This document shows positions 38,254 to 48,409 of a stretch of 64,000 nt of DNA, piece by piece. The notes beneath the pieces are model-generated. The model had not been told where the DNA came from. It ran no database searches and worked only from the letters and a program-made list of their open reading frames with translations. Numbering within the stretch: the first letter of the stretch is position 1; every line of letters begins with the position of its first letter. Source of the DNA: Planctomycetota bacterium (GTDB lineage: Bacteria; Planctomycetota; PLA2; JAEUHO01); NCBI GenBank assembly GCA_965222115.1, contig CBDCTJ010000007.1, forward strand, positions 1 through 64,000, written 5' to 3'. Made by a program: the position numbers and the translations under genes.

Positions 38254-38835
38254 CTACGCGCGCTCACGGCCTTGCGTGGGGAAACCCTTCCAACGCTTGC
38301 GGCGGGTGGTAACGGTTTCGAAGTCATCATCGTCGGACGTGGTCGAGCCTCCCGAACGCGCAGAGAGCGCACGGTCGATCGATAGTGCGCCGGAACCGCG
38401 CCACATGAGGGCTACGGCCATGGCGACCGCGAGAATGTGAAACTCGATGCCGTGATCCAAGCCTTCCTTACCCATCCAGTTAATGAACAAGCCGTTGTTC
38501 CAGTGGGCAAGGTAGGCAGCGGTACCCATTGTTGCGGCGATGCCGAGCGCTGCGACGCGACCAAAGAGCCCGAAGATGAGCGCGAGGCCTCCCAACGCTT
38601 CGGCGGCGATGGCGCAATAGACTTGCCATGGCTCGAGACCATAGCTTGCCGTCATGTGCTCTACGGTCTTTTCCAGTCCCTGCTGCATCTCGGCGGGGAC
38701 ACCCGTCATACCAATCTCGTCATAGATGCCTTCAATGACTTTGCCGGCACCGTGCGCCAACATCACAACGCCCAGTCCGAGGCGCAGAATCATGGTGGAA
38801 AACTCGTTGCGGGTTCGCATCAGGGCACGAAACAT
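38254..38835 (-). CDS. DoxX family membrane protein
   Basis: LRLGLG..M.AHG..K, E.LGGL.LI.GL.GR.AA, GIEF, GSGALSID. Confidence 0.9.
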   Translation of the reverse strand: MFRALMRTRNEFSTMILRLGLGVVMLAHGAGKVIEGIYDEIGMTGVPAEMQQGLEKTVEHMTASYGLEPWQVYCAIAAEALGGLALIFGLFGRVAALGIAATMGTAAYLAHWNNGLFINWMGKEGLDHGIEFHILAVAMAVALMWRGSGALSIDRALSARSGGSTTSDDDDFETVTTRRKRWKGFPTQGRERA

Positions 38836-39014
38836 GACAGCACTCCGGGACTGTGCCCGGACGATCCCGGCGCACGAAAGGCGAGGGATAACACGAATCG
38901 AGGGTCGGACCGACGTTCGCCCGATGCGGACACGCCCCAGGTGCTATGCGGGCCCCCCATCGAGCCCTGCGGAGCCAAATTCGGCCCTTCCGGATGGCGT
39001 GGGCGCTGCCTGGG

Positions 39015-40757
39015 TTAGCGCCTGGCCGGCTGCTTTTTGGGCGCGCCTGCACGCCGCGCCCGCATGCGGACAATGCGCAACTCCCCGCCTTCCACGACCC
39101 AGTTGAGGAACATGAGTCCCACCACTTTATCGGCTTCGACGACGGACGCCATGCCGTGTTTGACGCGCAGACTCACGCGGTCGTAAGGCAGGGCGCGAAT
39201 GTTCTGGCCAATCTGGCGAAATGACTCGCGACGGCTGGCGAGAGCTTTTCGTGCCGCCGCTTGGCTGGCGGCGGGAAGGTAGTTGATGGCACCGGCATCC
39301 GACGTCATGGGGAGCCCCGTAGGCTTCTTCGGATCTCTTAAGGCTTGAAACGATGCCACGAGCCAGGTGCGCAATGCGGTCGCCGTGCCTTCAAGAAACG
39401 GATCGTTGGCGTCGTTGTAGACGGCAGCTTGGTCCTTTTCCGTGGCTTTGTGCCACTTGACGAACAAGTAGGAGGGATCCCCACCGCCGATGGTGATGGT
39501 CGCATCGAGGCGAGCATTCGCAGCACCGCCCTGACTAAAGATCACATCCAACGCAAGGGTCGATGGCGCTACGCGCGACGCCCTCGGGAACACGGCTTTC
39601 ATGGGCGCAACAACATTCTCGTACTCGCCGGGCACGCGCTTGGCCTTTGAGATATGCCCAACGAGTGTGGGGCTTCCATCCAGTGCCGCGTCGAAGGCCG
39701 CTTTGAGATCTTCCGCCCAACTGCGCACCTGGGCCGAAGCCTTCTGCCGCTTGAAGACCGACACCTTATGCGTTTCAGGTCGACGCGATGCCGCTTTCGC
39801 CGATCGTGTGGCCGCAGGCAAGTCTTGCAACTCGAGCGAAAACGCGTCGGGTGAGTTGGCTCCGTGATCGGGCCACGGCGTAGCGCGAGGCTTGGCGATG
39901 GGAATCGCGCCTTCGTACTTGCCGCTGGACGCCACCACGCCTTGAACATGTAGCACGGACAACACTTGAATCTTGGGACTTGCGGGCAAGGCACCAATGA
40001 TAGTTCGAACGCCAACACATCCGCCGCGGCGCAGGTAGTCCATGACGGTCACGGCGTCTTGCAATTCACAGTTCTGAGCAAAGCGACAAACAGCCACCAC
40101 GGGGCCCAGTCCCTCCTTTGCCGCTTTCTCCACCGCGAGTTCCGCAGCGCGATAGGCGAACTTTAAGTTCGAGGGCTTCTCCTGCTTATGAAGTTTGTGT
40201 TTCTTCTTCGCTTCGGTTGTGAGATCGGCGGTCTTATCGAGCACGGTCCGTAGTCGCACCGGCAATTTGGCGCCCCGTTTGCCCGTTGCGTCCCCCGCAC
40301 CCTTGCTGGGCAGAAAGAGCGGAAAGCCATACACCTTCCCATCCCCTTCGTGTCGTACGCGAATGCCAACTCGAAATATGCCCGCGCGTTGTGCCATCAA
40401 CCGCACCTGAACGACGTGACCCCAACGATGCCGCGCTGACGCGGTAATCCATAGCGAGTGCCCCGGCGTCTTTCCACGTTCTTTGAGTAGGGCCATCAGC
40501 GCTTTGGCGTCGTGCGTTCCCGGTACGCCACCCACGCGAAACGCGCCCCACTCATCGGTACGCCCCACCATTACGTGGGTCACGTTCTCTTTGCGAAGCG
40601 GCGCGCAAGTACCCGCCACGGGCAGATCTTGCGTGTAGATGGTCGGCACGCGCTCGGCGGCGTCGGCACTTGACGGGGAGAGCACGAATAAGAGTGCCCC
40701 CATCCATGCGGCCAGCATGAGAGGTCGTCGTCCGGGGTATGGGCGTTGAACGAGCAT
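39015..40757 (-). CDS. Secreted hypothetical protein with ExbD/TolR-like segments
   Basis: Signal peptide (ADA); LWITASARHRWGHVVQVRLMAQRAGIFRVGI and a second weaker copy. Confidence 0.6.
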   Translation of the reverse strand: MLVQRPYPGRRPLMLAAWMGALLFVLSPSSADAAERVPTIYTQDLPVAGTCAPLRKENVTHVMVGRTDEWGAFRVGGVPGTHDAKALMALLKERGKTPGHSLWITASARHRWGHVVQVRLMAQRAGIFRVGIRVRHEGDGKVYGFPLFLPSKGAGDATGKRGAKLPVRLRTVLDKTADLTTEAKKKHKLHKQEKPSNLKFAYRAAELAVEKAAKEGLGPVVAVCRFAQNCELQDAVTVMDYLRRGGCVGVRTIIGALPASPKIQVLSVLHVQGVVASSGKYEGAIPIAKPRATPWPDHGANSPDAFSLELQDLPAATRSAKAASRRPETHKVSVFKRQKASAQVRSWAEDLKAAFDAALDGSPTLVGHISKAKRVPGEYENVVAPMKAVFPRASRVAPSTLALDVIFSQGGAANARLDATITIGGGDPSYLFVKWHKATEKDQAAVYNDANDPFLEGTATALRTWLVASFQALRDPKKPTGLPMTSDAGAINYLPAASQAAARKALASRRESFRQIGQNIRALPYDRVSLRVKHGMASVVEADKVVGLMFLNWVVEGGELRIVRMRARRAGAPKKQPARR

Positions 40758-40896
40758 GGGTGCCTCGAGTATCGGCGTTGAGAAAGTAGGGAATCGGCCG
40801 CACGGCAGCCGCCAGAGCGGACGCGCAGTGAGCAATTAGCTACTATCGGCCCGTCATGGCCGTGTTTCAACCATCGCCCAAGGGACAAAGATCTCC

Positions 40897-43407
40897 ATGA
40901 AACCCTCTCATTCGTTGCGGCCGGTGTGGCGCCGTTGCTGTGATGTTTTTGTCTTGGCCTTACTGCTCGGCCTCGCGCCGTATGCGGACGCGAAAGAGGC
41001 CCCCAAGCACGTGCCGCTGGATGCCCGCACGCGTGACTACGAGCAAAAGCACCTCGACATTCATGTACAGCCCACGATGGAACAGGGGACTGTCGCGGGG
41101 CACGTGACGATCACGTTTACGTCCCTGGTGCCCACGCTCGAGGTCTTGCGGCTGCACGCCAAAGACATGAAGATCACCGCCGTCAATGGCGACGAGAGCC
41201 AAGCGCTCAAGTCCACGCTGAAGCACGGCGAGTTGCACATCACGCTAGCGCAGCCCCTGCCGAAGGGTGAAACCAGCAAGGTCAAGATTCACTACAACGC
41301 CAAACCCACGCGCGGATTGTTCTTTCACAAGCCCAGCGATCGCCACCCCGATCGCCCGCTCTTTCTCTATAGCCAAGGACAGGGCACGGAGAACCGACGC
41401 TGGATTCCTTGCTACGACAATCCGGATGCGCGCTGCTCGTGGGATCTGCGCGTGCGCATTCCCAAGCAACTGACATCGGTGTCCAACGGCGTGGCGAAGG
41501 CATCGGAGGAGCACGCAGACGACACGCGCACGGACCACTGGCACTACGCGAGACGTGCACCGAGTTATTTGATTTCGCTCATCGTGGGTGAATTCGAAAC
41601 CGTCAAGACCCAGTGGAAACACGTGACGTTAGAGTTCAACGGTCCTAAGGGTCGTAAAGAGGAGCTCACGACGTCGCTTGCCAACACCGCCAAAATGATG
41701 GAATTCTTCGGCACCTACTTGAAGTTCGACTACCCATGGGAACGCTATGCTCAAACGTATGTGTGGGACTTCGTCTACGGTGGCATGGAAAATGTAACGG
41801 CCACCACGCTCAATATGCGCGCACTGCACTACAAACGCGCCCAACCCAACTACCGCAGCGATGGCCTTGTGGCGCACGAACTGGCCCATATGTGGTTTGG
41901 TGATCTTTTGACCTGTCGCACCTGGCAACACATGTGGCTCAATGAGGGCTTTGCCACCTACTTCACGGACCTCTTCTATGAGGATCACTACGGGAAAGAG
42001 GAATTTCTCGTTCGTCGTCGCGGCCAGAACCGCGGCTACATGGACAAGAACAAGACGCCCCACACCTTGGGACTCAAGAAGAGTCCGCGGGGCGACATTC
42101 CCCTTGAGCTCAGTGGCGGCAAGGCCTACAGCCGCGGTGCCGCCATATTGCACATGCTCCGGCGAGAGCTCGGTGACGAAGTATTTCAAACGGCCATTCG
42201 AGACTACGTAAAACGCTTTGAAGACAGCGCGGTGCGCTCCGAGGATCTTCGATTCGCCGCCGAGGCTGCCGCCGGACGTGACCTCCGCTGGTTCTTTGAT
42301 CAATGGGTCTACGGCGCGGGCTATCCACAACTCGATGTCCGCTATGACGACCGGGCCCAGCAGTTGATTGTGAGACAAACGCAGCCTGTGAAGGGCGGCC
42401 AAGGCCTCTTCCGCATACGCGTACCTATTCGCTGGGGACCCACGGGTAAGGCCCAGGAGCTTCTGATCCATCACGTGCACCACGCGTTTCCCATGAAGCG
42501 CGAAGGTAAGTTTCTGCGTTTCGGCGTGAACGGCGACTTGCTCATGCGCGTCAAGCAAGCGCAGACGCCCGCCGCATGGTCGGCCGCTCTACTTGAAGAT
42601 CCCGATTTCACCGGTCGCATGGACGCCGCGGAAGCACTTGAGTATTTTGGATCCTCGGGCCTCACGGCACTCACCTCGGCGGTGCGTCAAGATGCGTCGT
42701 GGCCGGTGCGAAAGCTTTGCGCCGAGATTTTGAGTCGCCTCTATAGCACGACATCAGCTGCGATCATCGCACCCGCACTTGTTTCTGCTGCGACCGATAC
42801 GGATCCCCGCGTGCGCGAATCCGTCATGCTGGCACTCGGCAAAGCCACCCGCAAAGAGGCCGGTCCCACATTGATGCGCGCCCTTGAGGATCCGCATCCG
42901 TACGTAAAGGCCGCGGCCGCAAAGAGTGCGGGACGACTCAAGTGTGACGGATGTTTTGACGCCCTGAAGGCACTTCTGAGCCAAGACAGTCACAATGAAG
43001 TCGTTCGCATGGGTGCAATTGAGGGACTTCGCCACTTGGGCGATCCGCGGGGATTCGATCTCGCTGTTCCCTATGTCGACTACCGCTGGGGCCGAGGAAC
43101 AAATCACAAAGTTCGCGAAGAGGCCTTGCGTTGCCTTGGTGCATTGGGCGCTGACCGACGGGCATTGCCCGATCTTGTGCGCGAACTCTTGAGCGACCCC
43201 TACCACCGCATGCGCCAGTGGGCGGCCGACACCGCAGGTAAGTACGAGTTGAAATCGCTCACACCCGAACTACGCACGCTTGCGGAGAAGGATTGGAATG
43301 GCGGTGTTCAGGGCGCCGCCAAAAAGGCACTCAAAGCGTTTGGCACGCCCTACAAACCCGAGAAGAAGGACCGCAAGAGCGACAAGAAGAAGACGTCGAA
43401 TCGTTAG
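40897..43407 (+). CDS. M1-family aminopeptidase with C-terminal HEAT repeats
   Basis: Signal peptide, GGMEN, HELAHMWFG..WLNEGFA, HEAT-like repeats (D.DPRVR). Confidence 0.93.
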   Translation: MKPSHSLRPVWRRCCDVFVLALLLGLAPYADAKEAPKHVPLDARTRDYEQKHLDIHVQPTMEQGTVAGHVTITFTSLVPTLEVLRLHAKDMKITAVNGDESQALKSTLKHGELHITLAQPLPKGETSKVKIHYNAKPTRGLFFHKPSDRHPDRPLFLYSQGQGTENRRWIPCYDNPDARCSWDLRVRIPKQLTSVSNGVAKASEEHADDTRTDHWHYARRAPSYLISLIVGEFETVKTQWKHVTLEFNGPKGRKEELTTSLANTAKMMEFFGTYLKFDYPWERYAQTYVWDFVYGGMENVTATTLNMRALHYKRAQPNYRSDGLVAHELAHMWFGDLLTCRTWQHMWLNEGFATYFTDLFYEDHYGKEEFLVRRRGQNRGYMDKNKTPHTLGLKKSPRGDIPLELSGGKAYSRGAAILHMLRRELGDEVFQTAIRDYVKRFEDSAVRSEDLRFAAEAAAGRDLRWFFDQWVYGAGYPQLDVRYDDRAQQLIVRQTQPVKGGQGLFRIRVPIRWGPTGKAQELLIHHVHHAFPMKREGKFLRFGVNGDLLMRVKQAQTPAAWSAALLEDPDFTGRMDAAEALEYFGSSGLTALTSAVRQDASWPVRKLCAEILSRLYSTTSAAIIAPALVSAATDTDPRVRESVMLALGKATRKEAGPTLMRALEDPHPYVKAAAAKSAGRLKCDGCFDALKALLSQDSHNEVVRMGAIEGLRHLGDPRGFDLAVPYVDYRWGRGTNHKVREEALRCLGALGADRRALPDLVRELLSDPYHRMRQWAADTAGKYELKSLTPELRTLAEKDWNGGVQGAAKKALKAFGTPYKPEKKDRKSDKKKTSNR

Positions 43408-43410
43408 CGA

Positions 43411-44529
43411 TTGATGCTCTACACCCTCATCCTTCTTCTCGACGTCATTGGCCTTGCAGGCGGTGCGTGGCTGCTCTGGCGTGCCTACCCAGAGAAGCCG
43501 CGCTCGATTTTGCGAGACGTCGCATTGGGCATGCTCTGGGGTTGCTTTCTCGGTGTGATCTCAGCCGTAGCAGGCTTTGTGCTGCTGAAGTACTTCGGCG
43601 TGCCGCGGCTTTGGTGTCATGTGATCTTCTGTATCACCGCGCCGCTGATGATCGCACGTGGGTTCTGGTGGATGCGCAAGGGCAACCGCACCGGTGGCTT
43701 TATGTTGGCGCTGCTCGGCCTGCTCATGGTCGGCACCTACTTCTATGCCCGCCGTATTGAGCCCTACGCACTTGAGATCAATACCCACCATATCGCTTCC
43801 GCGCGCCTCGCCGAAGCCGGATTTGAAGAGACGGTTCGCGTCGTGATCCTGGCCGACATTCAAACCGACACCATTGGCGACTATGAGAAGCGCGTGTTTG
43901 ACGAAGTGAATCGCCTCAAGCCCGACTTGGTGTTGCTGGCGGGGGACTACCTTCAGTGTTTGACGTACGAGGCGTACAAGTCGTTGCGCCCGCAATTTCA
44001 GGAACTTTTCAAACGAATCAAACACCGACCACGGTTTGGCATGTTCGCCATTGAAGGCAATGTGGATGGCGATGATCGCCTCTTCAACAACACGCCCGTG
44101 CGCGTGCTGCACGATGAAGCCATAGCGCTTGAAGGTGCACCGATTCAAGTCCTGGGGCTGACCGACGCGACGAGTAGGTTTCCTCTAAATGAGGCGCGCC
44201 TCGCGTCAATTCGCGCATTTCACGGCCTGACCATCGTGGTTGGCCACCGCCCCGACTATCTCCTTGAATTTACGAAGTTTGGATCCGACGTTGAGTTCAT
44301 TAGTACGTCGGGCCATACACACGGGGGGCAAATTGTGATCCCCGGCGTGGGTGCAATCGTGACCCTCACGAATCTACCGCGCAAATACGTGAGCGGTATG
44401 CATCGGCTGGGCAAGGCAATACACTGCCCGAGCCGCGGTACCGGCATGGAACGAAACTATGCACCGCGCATTCGTCTATTCTGTCCGCCCGAGATTGTAG
44501 TGCTCGAGATTACGGCTGCTGCACAGTGA
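43411..44529 (+). CDS. Membrane-bound metallophosphoesterase
   Basis: Four TM helices, then ADIQ, GDY, GNVD, HRPD, SGHTHGGQ, R..CPPEI. Confidence 0.88.
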   Translation: MMLYTLILLLDVIGLAGGAWLLWRAYPEKPRSILRDVALGMLWGCFLGVISAVAGFVLLKYFGVPRLWCHVIFCITAPLMIARGFWWMRKGNRTGGFMLALLGLLMVGTYFYARRIEPYALEINTHHIASARLAEAGFEETVRVVILADIQTDTIGDYEKRVFDEVNRLKPDLVLLAGDYLQCLTYEAYKSLRPQFQELFKRIKHRPRFGMFAIEGNVDGDDRLFNNTPVRVLHDEAIALEGAPIQVLGLTDATSRFPLNEARLASIRAFHGLTIVVGHRPDYLLEFTKFGSDVEFISTSGHTHGGQIVIPGVGAIVTLTNLPRKYVSGMHRLGKAIHCPSRGTGMERNYAPRIRLFCPPEIVVLEITAAAQ

Positions 44530-45029
44530 ACCCCCCTCCCCTTCGAGTCGATCGCCGTGCATCGTTTAGTGCGGACCGCCGCTATCGCTACTCCCTTACG
44601 CGAACGTGGACCAAGGGATCGCGACTTGTAGCGGTGCTACTCAATCCAAGCGTTGCCAATGAGACCCGTGACGATCCAACCACCACATTTTGCATGCGCC
44701 GCGCGGCGGCGTGGGGCTTTGCTTCGTACGAAGCTGTAAATCTATTCGCACTGGTGGATACCGATCCGCGCGGGCTGCGAACCGTGAGCGATCCCGTGGG
44801 CCCAAGAAACAACGCCGCAATACGTCGCGCAGTACGTCGGGCCGACGCGATATTGGTTGCATGGGGTAAGCACGGAATGTTGTTGGATCGCGCCGAAACG
44901 GTGCTGGCCATGCTCGGGGATTGCGAATTGCTTTGCTTTGGCCGTAACACCGATGGGTCGCCTCGCTTTCCGCGTGCCTTGCCACGTACGATCACGCCGC
45001 AGGTGTATCGGGCCGCGCGATCGAGATAG
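44526..45029 (+). CDS. DUF1643 family protein
   Basis: YRYSLTR.W, LNPS.A...DDPT, VNLFA..TDP, VGP.N, AWG. Confidence 0.85.
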   Translation: MNPPPLRVDRRASFSADRRYRYSLTRTWTKGSRLVAVLLNPSVANETRDDPTTTFCMRRAAAWGFASYEAVNLFALVDTDPRGLRTVSDPVGPRNNAAIRRAVRRADAILVAWGKHGMLLDRAETVLAMLGDCELLCFGRNTDGSPRFPRALPRTITPQVYRAARSR

Positions 45030-45120
45030 TCAAGGGACCCGATCAAACGACGTGGCTGGTCGTCGTGAAGCAAATAGGGCTAAGAGCCAAAAGGAGGACA
45101 AGCCAAAGAAAAAAAGCCAA

Positions 45121-45159
45121 AAAGAAAAAAGAAGGCGCCGGGAGGGATCCGGCACCTTC
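45121..45159 (-). terminator. Minus-strand intrinsic terminator with no annotated upstream gene
   Basis: Reverse complement GAAGGTGCCGG-atccctc-CCGGCGCCTTC-TTTTTTCTTT. Confidence 0.75.
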
Positions 45160-45384
45160 GACCCGGTCCATGGACTCCCTACGCCTGGACGGAGGGCGTC
45201 CCGACTACGTGAGCGTTGGTCCCATTCGTGCGCCTACGGACACACAGCGGACAAACCGCGACTGAGAACCATCAGTCAGCGGGATCCTCGACCCACCAAG
45301 GCTGCGGAAACCTTAGTGCGGCCAACCGACAACAATCCCAAAGCAAGGCCGGTGGCCGGAACAGACGACGGCGAATCAACCAAA

Positions 45385-45399
45385 TGAGAATGAGTCTCA
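45385..45399. promoter_or_regulatory. Fur-box-like 7-1-7 palindrome
   Basis: TGAGAAT-G-AGTCTCA resembles TGATAATnATTATCA; about 135 bp upstream of a ferredoxin. Confidence 0.55.
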
Positions 45400-45532
45400 A
45401 TCCCTACGGCAACGCCTCGAAAGCCCACGTAATTGCGGGCGAAGTCCACTTTCGTAGGGCACCTCGCCCTGTATGCTCCACGCGTCTCGAGCGGACATCG
45501 GTCCGCTCGCGCGTTCTCAGGAGTTCACTGAA

Positions 45533-45892
45533 ATGACACACGTCGTCACCGGCCGTTGCGTCGATTGCCGCTACACCTACTGCGTAGTGGAATGCCCCGT
45601 TGACTGCTTCTATGAGGTCAAGGATCCACACATGTTGGTGATTGATCCCGGCACGTGCATCGACTGTGAAGCGTGCGTTCCGGCGTGTCCCGTCAACGCC
45701 ATTTGGCCCGACCACGAGTTGCCCGAAGAGTACGCCGATTGGGAAGCCAAAAACGAAGAGCTCTTCGAACAGGGCGAAGTGTTTACCGAAGGTTCCGATC
45801 CGCTTGACTCCGCCAAACTGCTTGACGAGATTCAAGACGAAGAGAAGGAAAAGGGCTGGGACATTGCCGAACCGTCCAAGGCCTCGGACTAA
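45533..45892 (+). CDS. Dicluster ferredoxin (FdxA-type)
   Basis: [47 protein letters not shown]; AGGAG RBS. Confidence 0.93.
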   Translation: MTHVVTGRCVDCRYTYCVVECPVDCFYEVKDPHMLVIDPGTCIDCEACVPACPVNAIWPDHELPEEYADWEAKNEELFEQGEVFTEGSDPLDSAKLLDEIQDEEKEKGWDIAEPSKASD

Positions 45893-45943
45893 AACAGCGT
45901 ACGGCTACCGTCGCGTGCCGACCGGTCGCGGCACAAAAACAAC

Positions 45944-45981
45944 ACGAGGCGACGCAATCCTGCGCCGCCTCGTCTTTATTT
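45944..45981. terminator. Probable bidirectional terminator between convergent genes
   Basis: ACGAGGCGACGCA-atcc-TGCGCCGCCTCGT with A-rich left and T-rich right flanks. Confidence 0.6.
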
Positions 45982-46009
45982 CGACTCGTCTTAACTTCGA
46001 TACGCGAAC

Positions 46010-46732
46010 CTAGTTGGTCGTGGGGCAATCGCAGTCAAGTGCGCCACCGGGGATGGGCTTGCTAAAGATGCGGTGATCCTTGGTGCAGCCGCCAATGCCC
46101 TTACGCACCCAGCGGTAGTGACCGGGCTTATACACTTCCTTGGTCATCTTGACTTTGTACTTGGGGGGCACGTACTCGCGGCGCGTGCGCTTTACGCGCA
46201 CCTTTTCCACCACGGTCTTGTACTCGGGCGGATCTTCGACGCAGTATTCAACGCCGTTTTCACGGATCTTCTTGTTGCACCACTTGAACTCGGGCATGCG
46301 CTCTTTGTATTCCCAGCAGTTGCCACCTTCGCAGTCGCGGGCGCGCTCCCAACGGAATCCGCCGGGCTTGGTCTGCACGACTTCTTGGTTGCACGAGATG
46401 CCGGCACGCTCCACTTTGCGGCGGGTGCGGGGCTTGACGAGCACTTCCTTGGCACGCAGCTCGTACTCGTAGGAAACGCTCTTCTTCTCGCTAGCACAGC
46501 CCACACGAACGAGCTTGGGCTTGGCACGATAGGTGGGCTTCACCCACTCTTTGCAGTAACGCACACCCGGCTCGGGATCGTCGGGCAGATCCAACGGCGG
46601 TGGGGCTACTGCGACATCGTCGCGCCAAGCGCCATCAAAGACTGCGTTGTTCTGGCACGCGCAAAGCGCGCTTCCGACAAACGCCAAAAGCAACGCCGAC
46701 ACAAGCCGACCTGGAACCATCCGTTGCCGCAT
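46010..46732 (-). CDS. Cys-rich lipoprotein with PxxY(K/R) repeats
   Basis: Lipobox-like LCAC; LPDDPEPGVRYC, KPTYR, PPEYKTV, PPKYK; GGAGG RBS. Confidence 0.7.
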   Translation of the reverse strand: MRQRMVPGRLVSALLLAFVGSALCACQNNAVFDGAWRDDVAVAPPPLDLPDDPEPGVRYCKEWVKPTYRAKPKLVRVGCASEKKSVSYEYELRAKEVLVKPRTRRKVERAGISCNQEVVQTKPGGFRWERARDCEGGNCWEYKERMPEFKWCNKKIRENGVEYCVEDPPEYKTVVEKVRVKRTRREYVPPKYKVKMTKEVYKPGHYRWVRKGIGGCTKDHRIFSKPIPGGALDCDCPTTN

Positions 46733-47003
46733 GGATCCTCCTCCCGTATGAGTGTGGACAGCGTCTCACGACGCCCGAAGCCGAGCCCCCTCCCAGGCGC
46801 ACGACCCGCGGCGCTTGTGATTCAAGCCGCTGCGTAGGGCGTAAAGCTATCACGCGGGCCCCTTGCGGGAAAGCCGGGCCCGTCGCTCGCCGCCGCGCCG
46901 AGGCGCGCGCAGACGGCCAATTTCGGTCGTCTGTTACCAATTTGATAGGCCAAATTCGAATCGGCAGGCAATTCCGAAGGTAGACCCGTGACGCTCCGAT
47001 TGC

Positions 47004-48131
47004 ATGAAGGGCAGGTGTGGCGTTTTATCTCCGCCTCAGCGCCGAGACGTTCCCTGGCGCAGCCCGTCGTCCAACCACGTTTTGAGTACGCCCGTGTCGC
47101 CGATTTTCACGCTGAATCGTGAGTTTCAACTGGATGACATCTTCGCACGGCGCGAAGTGGACGTGGCCCTTGCACTCAAAACATTCGCCGACAGCTACGA
47201 AGGCCCCCAGCGCAACGACCTGCACCATGCGATTGACCACGGCGTAAAGAGTCTTGCGTCCATTGCCCTTTCCTTGGAGAGCTACCCGTCATTGAGGGAC
47301 AAAGGCACGCTCGGTCGACGCGAACGCTCCGGGGAAACGTTGATGCACAAATTGCTCGCCGCGGGTGAACACGGCATGGAATGGTCGCTCCCCACCAAGG
47401 CATTGCTTTCGCGCACCTTCGGCATCGCCAAAGTGAATTTCTGGACGGCAATGAAGTATGCGGTGCAAGCGTGTACGGATGATGAGTCGCATCCGCTCCT
47501 GGCCGACATCGAAGGCGCCATTGAAGAAGCGGTCTACACGCGACTGGCCGAAGAGCTCTACGGTTCGTTCGTCACGACCAAGACAACACCGCGTCCTATT
47601 CGATTGGCGGCCGTACAAGCGGGCATCGATTTGTGGGAAGGTCGCGTGCGATTTGCTACGCATCGATTCTGTCCCATTCTGCGTTCCGCATGGGCGGCGC
47701 GCTGTCGTGCACCGCGCACCTTTGGCACCATGATGGGTGCCTCCGAGATGTTTCAACTCATCTTTGAGGACTGCGATCCCAAGTTTGTTGAGTCGTTCAT
47801 GTCGTCGGAAGCCGATGGCGAAAAGACGCAGGCCTTTGAGGAGTTTCTCTTCGATATCTCGTTTGAAGGACTTGAACTCGTGCGCTTGCGCATGCGGGAA
47901 GACGGTAAGGCATGCATTGGTGAACGCGATGTGGCCCGTTACCTCGGCCTGCCAGGTGGCTTGCGGCCCATGGTGAATGCGCCCAAGGCGGTCTACAGCT
48001 CGTTTCGTACGCGCCGCGTAAAGGCGCAGTATCGCACCTCGACCGCTGCGCCCGGCCCCAAACGCGTAGCTGAGTCCTATATGCTCGAAACCTTGCTGCG
48101 AGAACAACTCGAACGCGACGCCGCGTCGTAA
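47004..48131 (+). CDS. Hypothetical helical protein (start may be 47082 or 47094)
   Basis: Long ORF with genome-typical codon usage; no family recognised. Confidence 0.7.
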   Translation: MKGRCGVLSPPQRRDVPWRSPSSNHVLSTPVSPIFTLNREFQLDDIFARREVDVALALKTFADSYEGPQRNDLHHAIDHGVKSLASIALSLESYPSLRDKGTLGRRERSGETLMHKLLAAGEHGMEWSLPTKALLSRTFGIAKVNFWTAMKYAVQACTDDESHPLLADIEGAIEEAVYTRLAEELYGSFVTTKTTPRPIRLAAVQAGIDLWEGRVRFATHRFCPILRSAWAARCRAPRTFGTMMGASEMFQLIFEDCDPKFVESFMSSEADGEKTQAFEEFLFDISFEGLELVRLRMREDGKACIGERDVARYLGLPGGLRPMVNAPKAVYSSFRTRRVKAQYRTSTAAPGPKRVAESYMLETLLREQLERDAAS

Positions 48132-48140
48132 TCTGCCGTA

Positions 48141-48388
48141 TAGCCCGGATTATTCATGAACTGACGTAAATCGCGCGGTTCTCGCTGGTCTTCGTCCCCA
48201 ATCTCTTTGCGAAGAACCGCTCGACGATGCTTTGCTACATCGCCTCGGAACCTTCGCTTCGACCTTGAACCCGAATCCTTCGCGAGAACAGTCTGTAACA
48301 TGGCGAGGGACCCGAGTCTTAACGCAAGTCTCTGCTGAAGGCGAACTTCAGTTCACATCGACGCGCGCTTCATGAATAATCCGGGCTA
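48141..48388. mobile_element. 248-bp non-autonomous MITE-like element
   Basis: Perfect 20-bp inverted termini TAGCCCGGATTATTCATGAA / TTCATGAATAATCCGGGCTA (or 18-bp TIR plus TA duplication); no transposase. Confidence 0.75.
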
Positions 48389-48409
48389 GCCCGCGCGAGG
48401 AGATTAACG

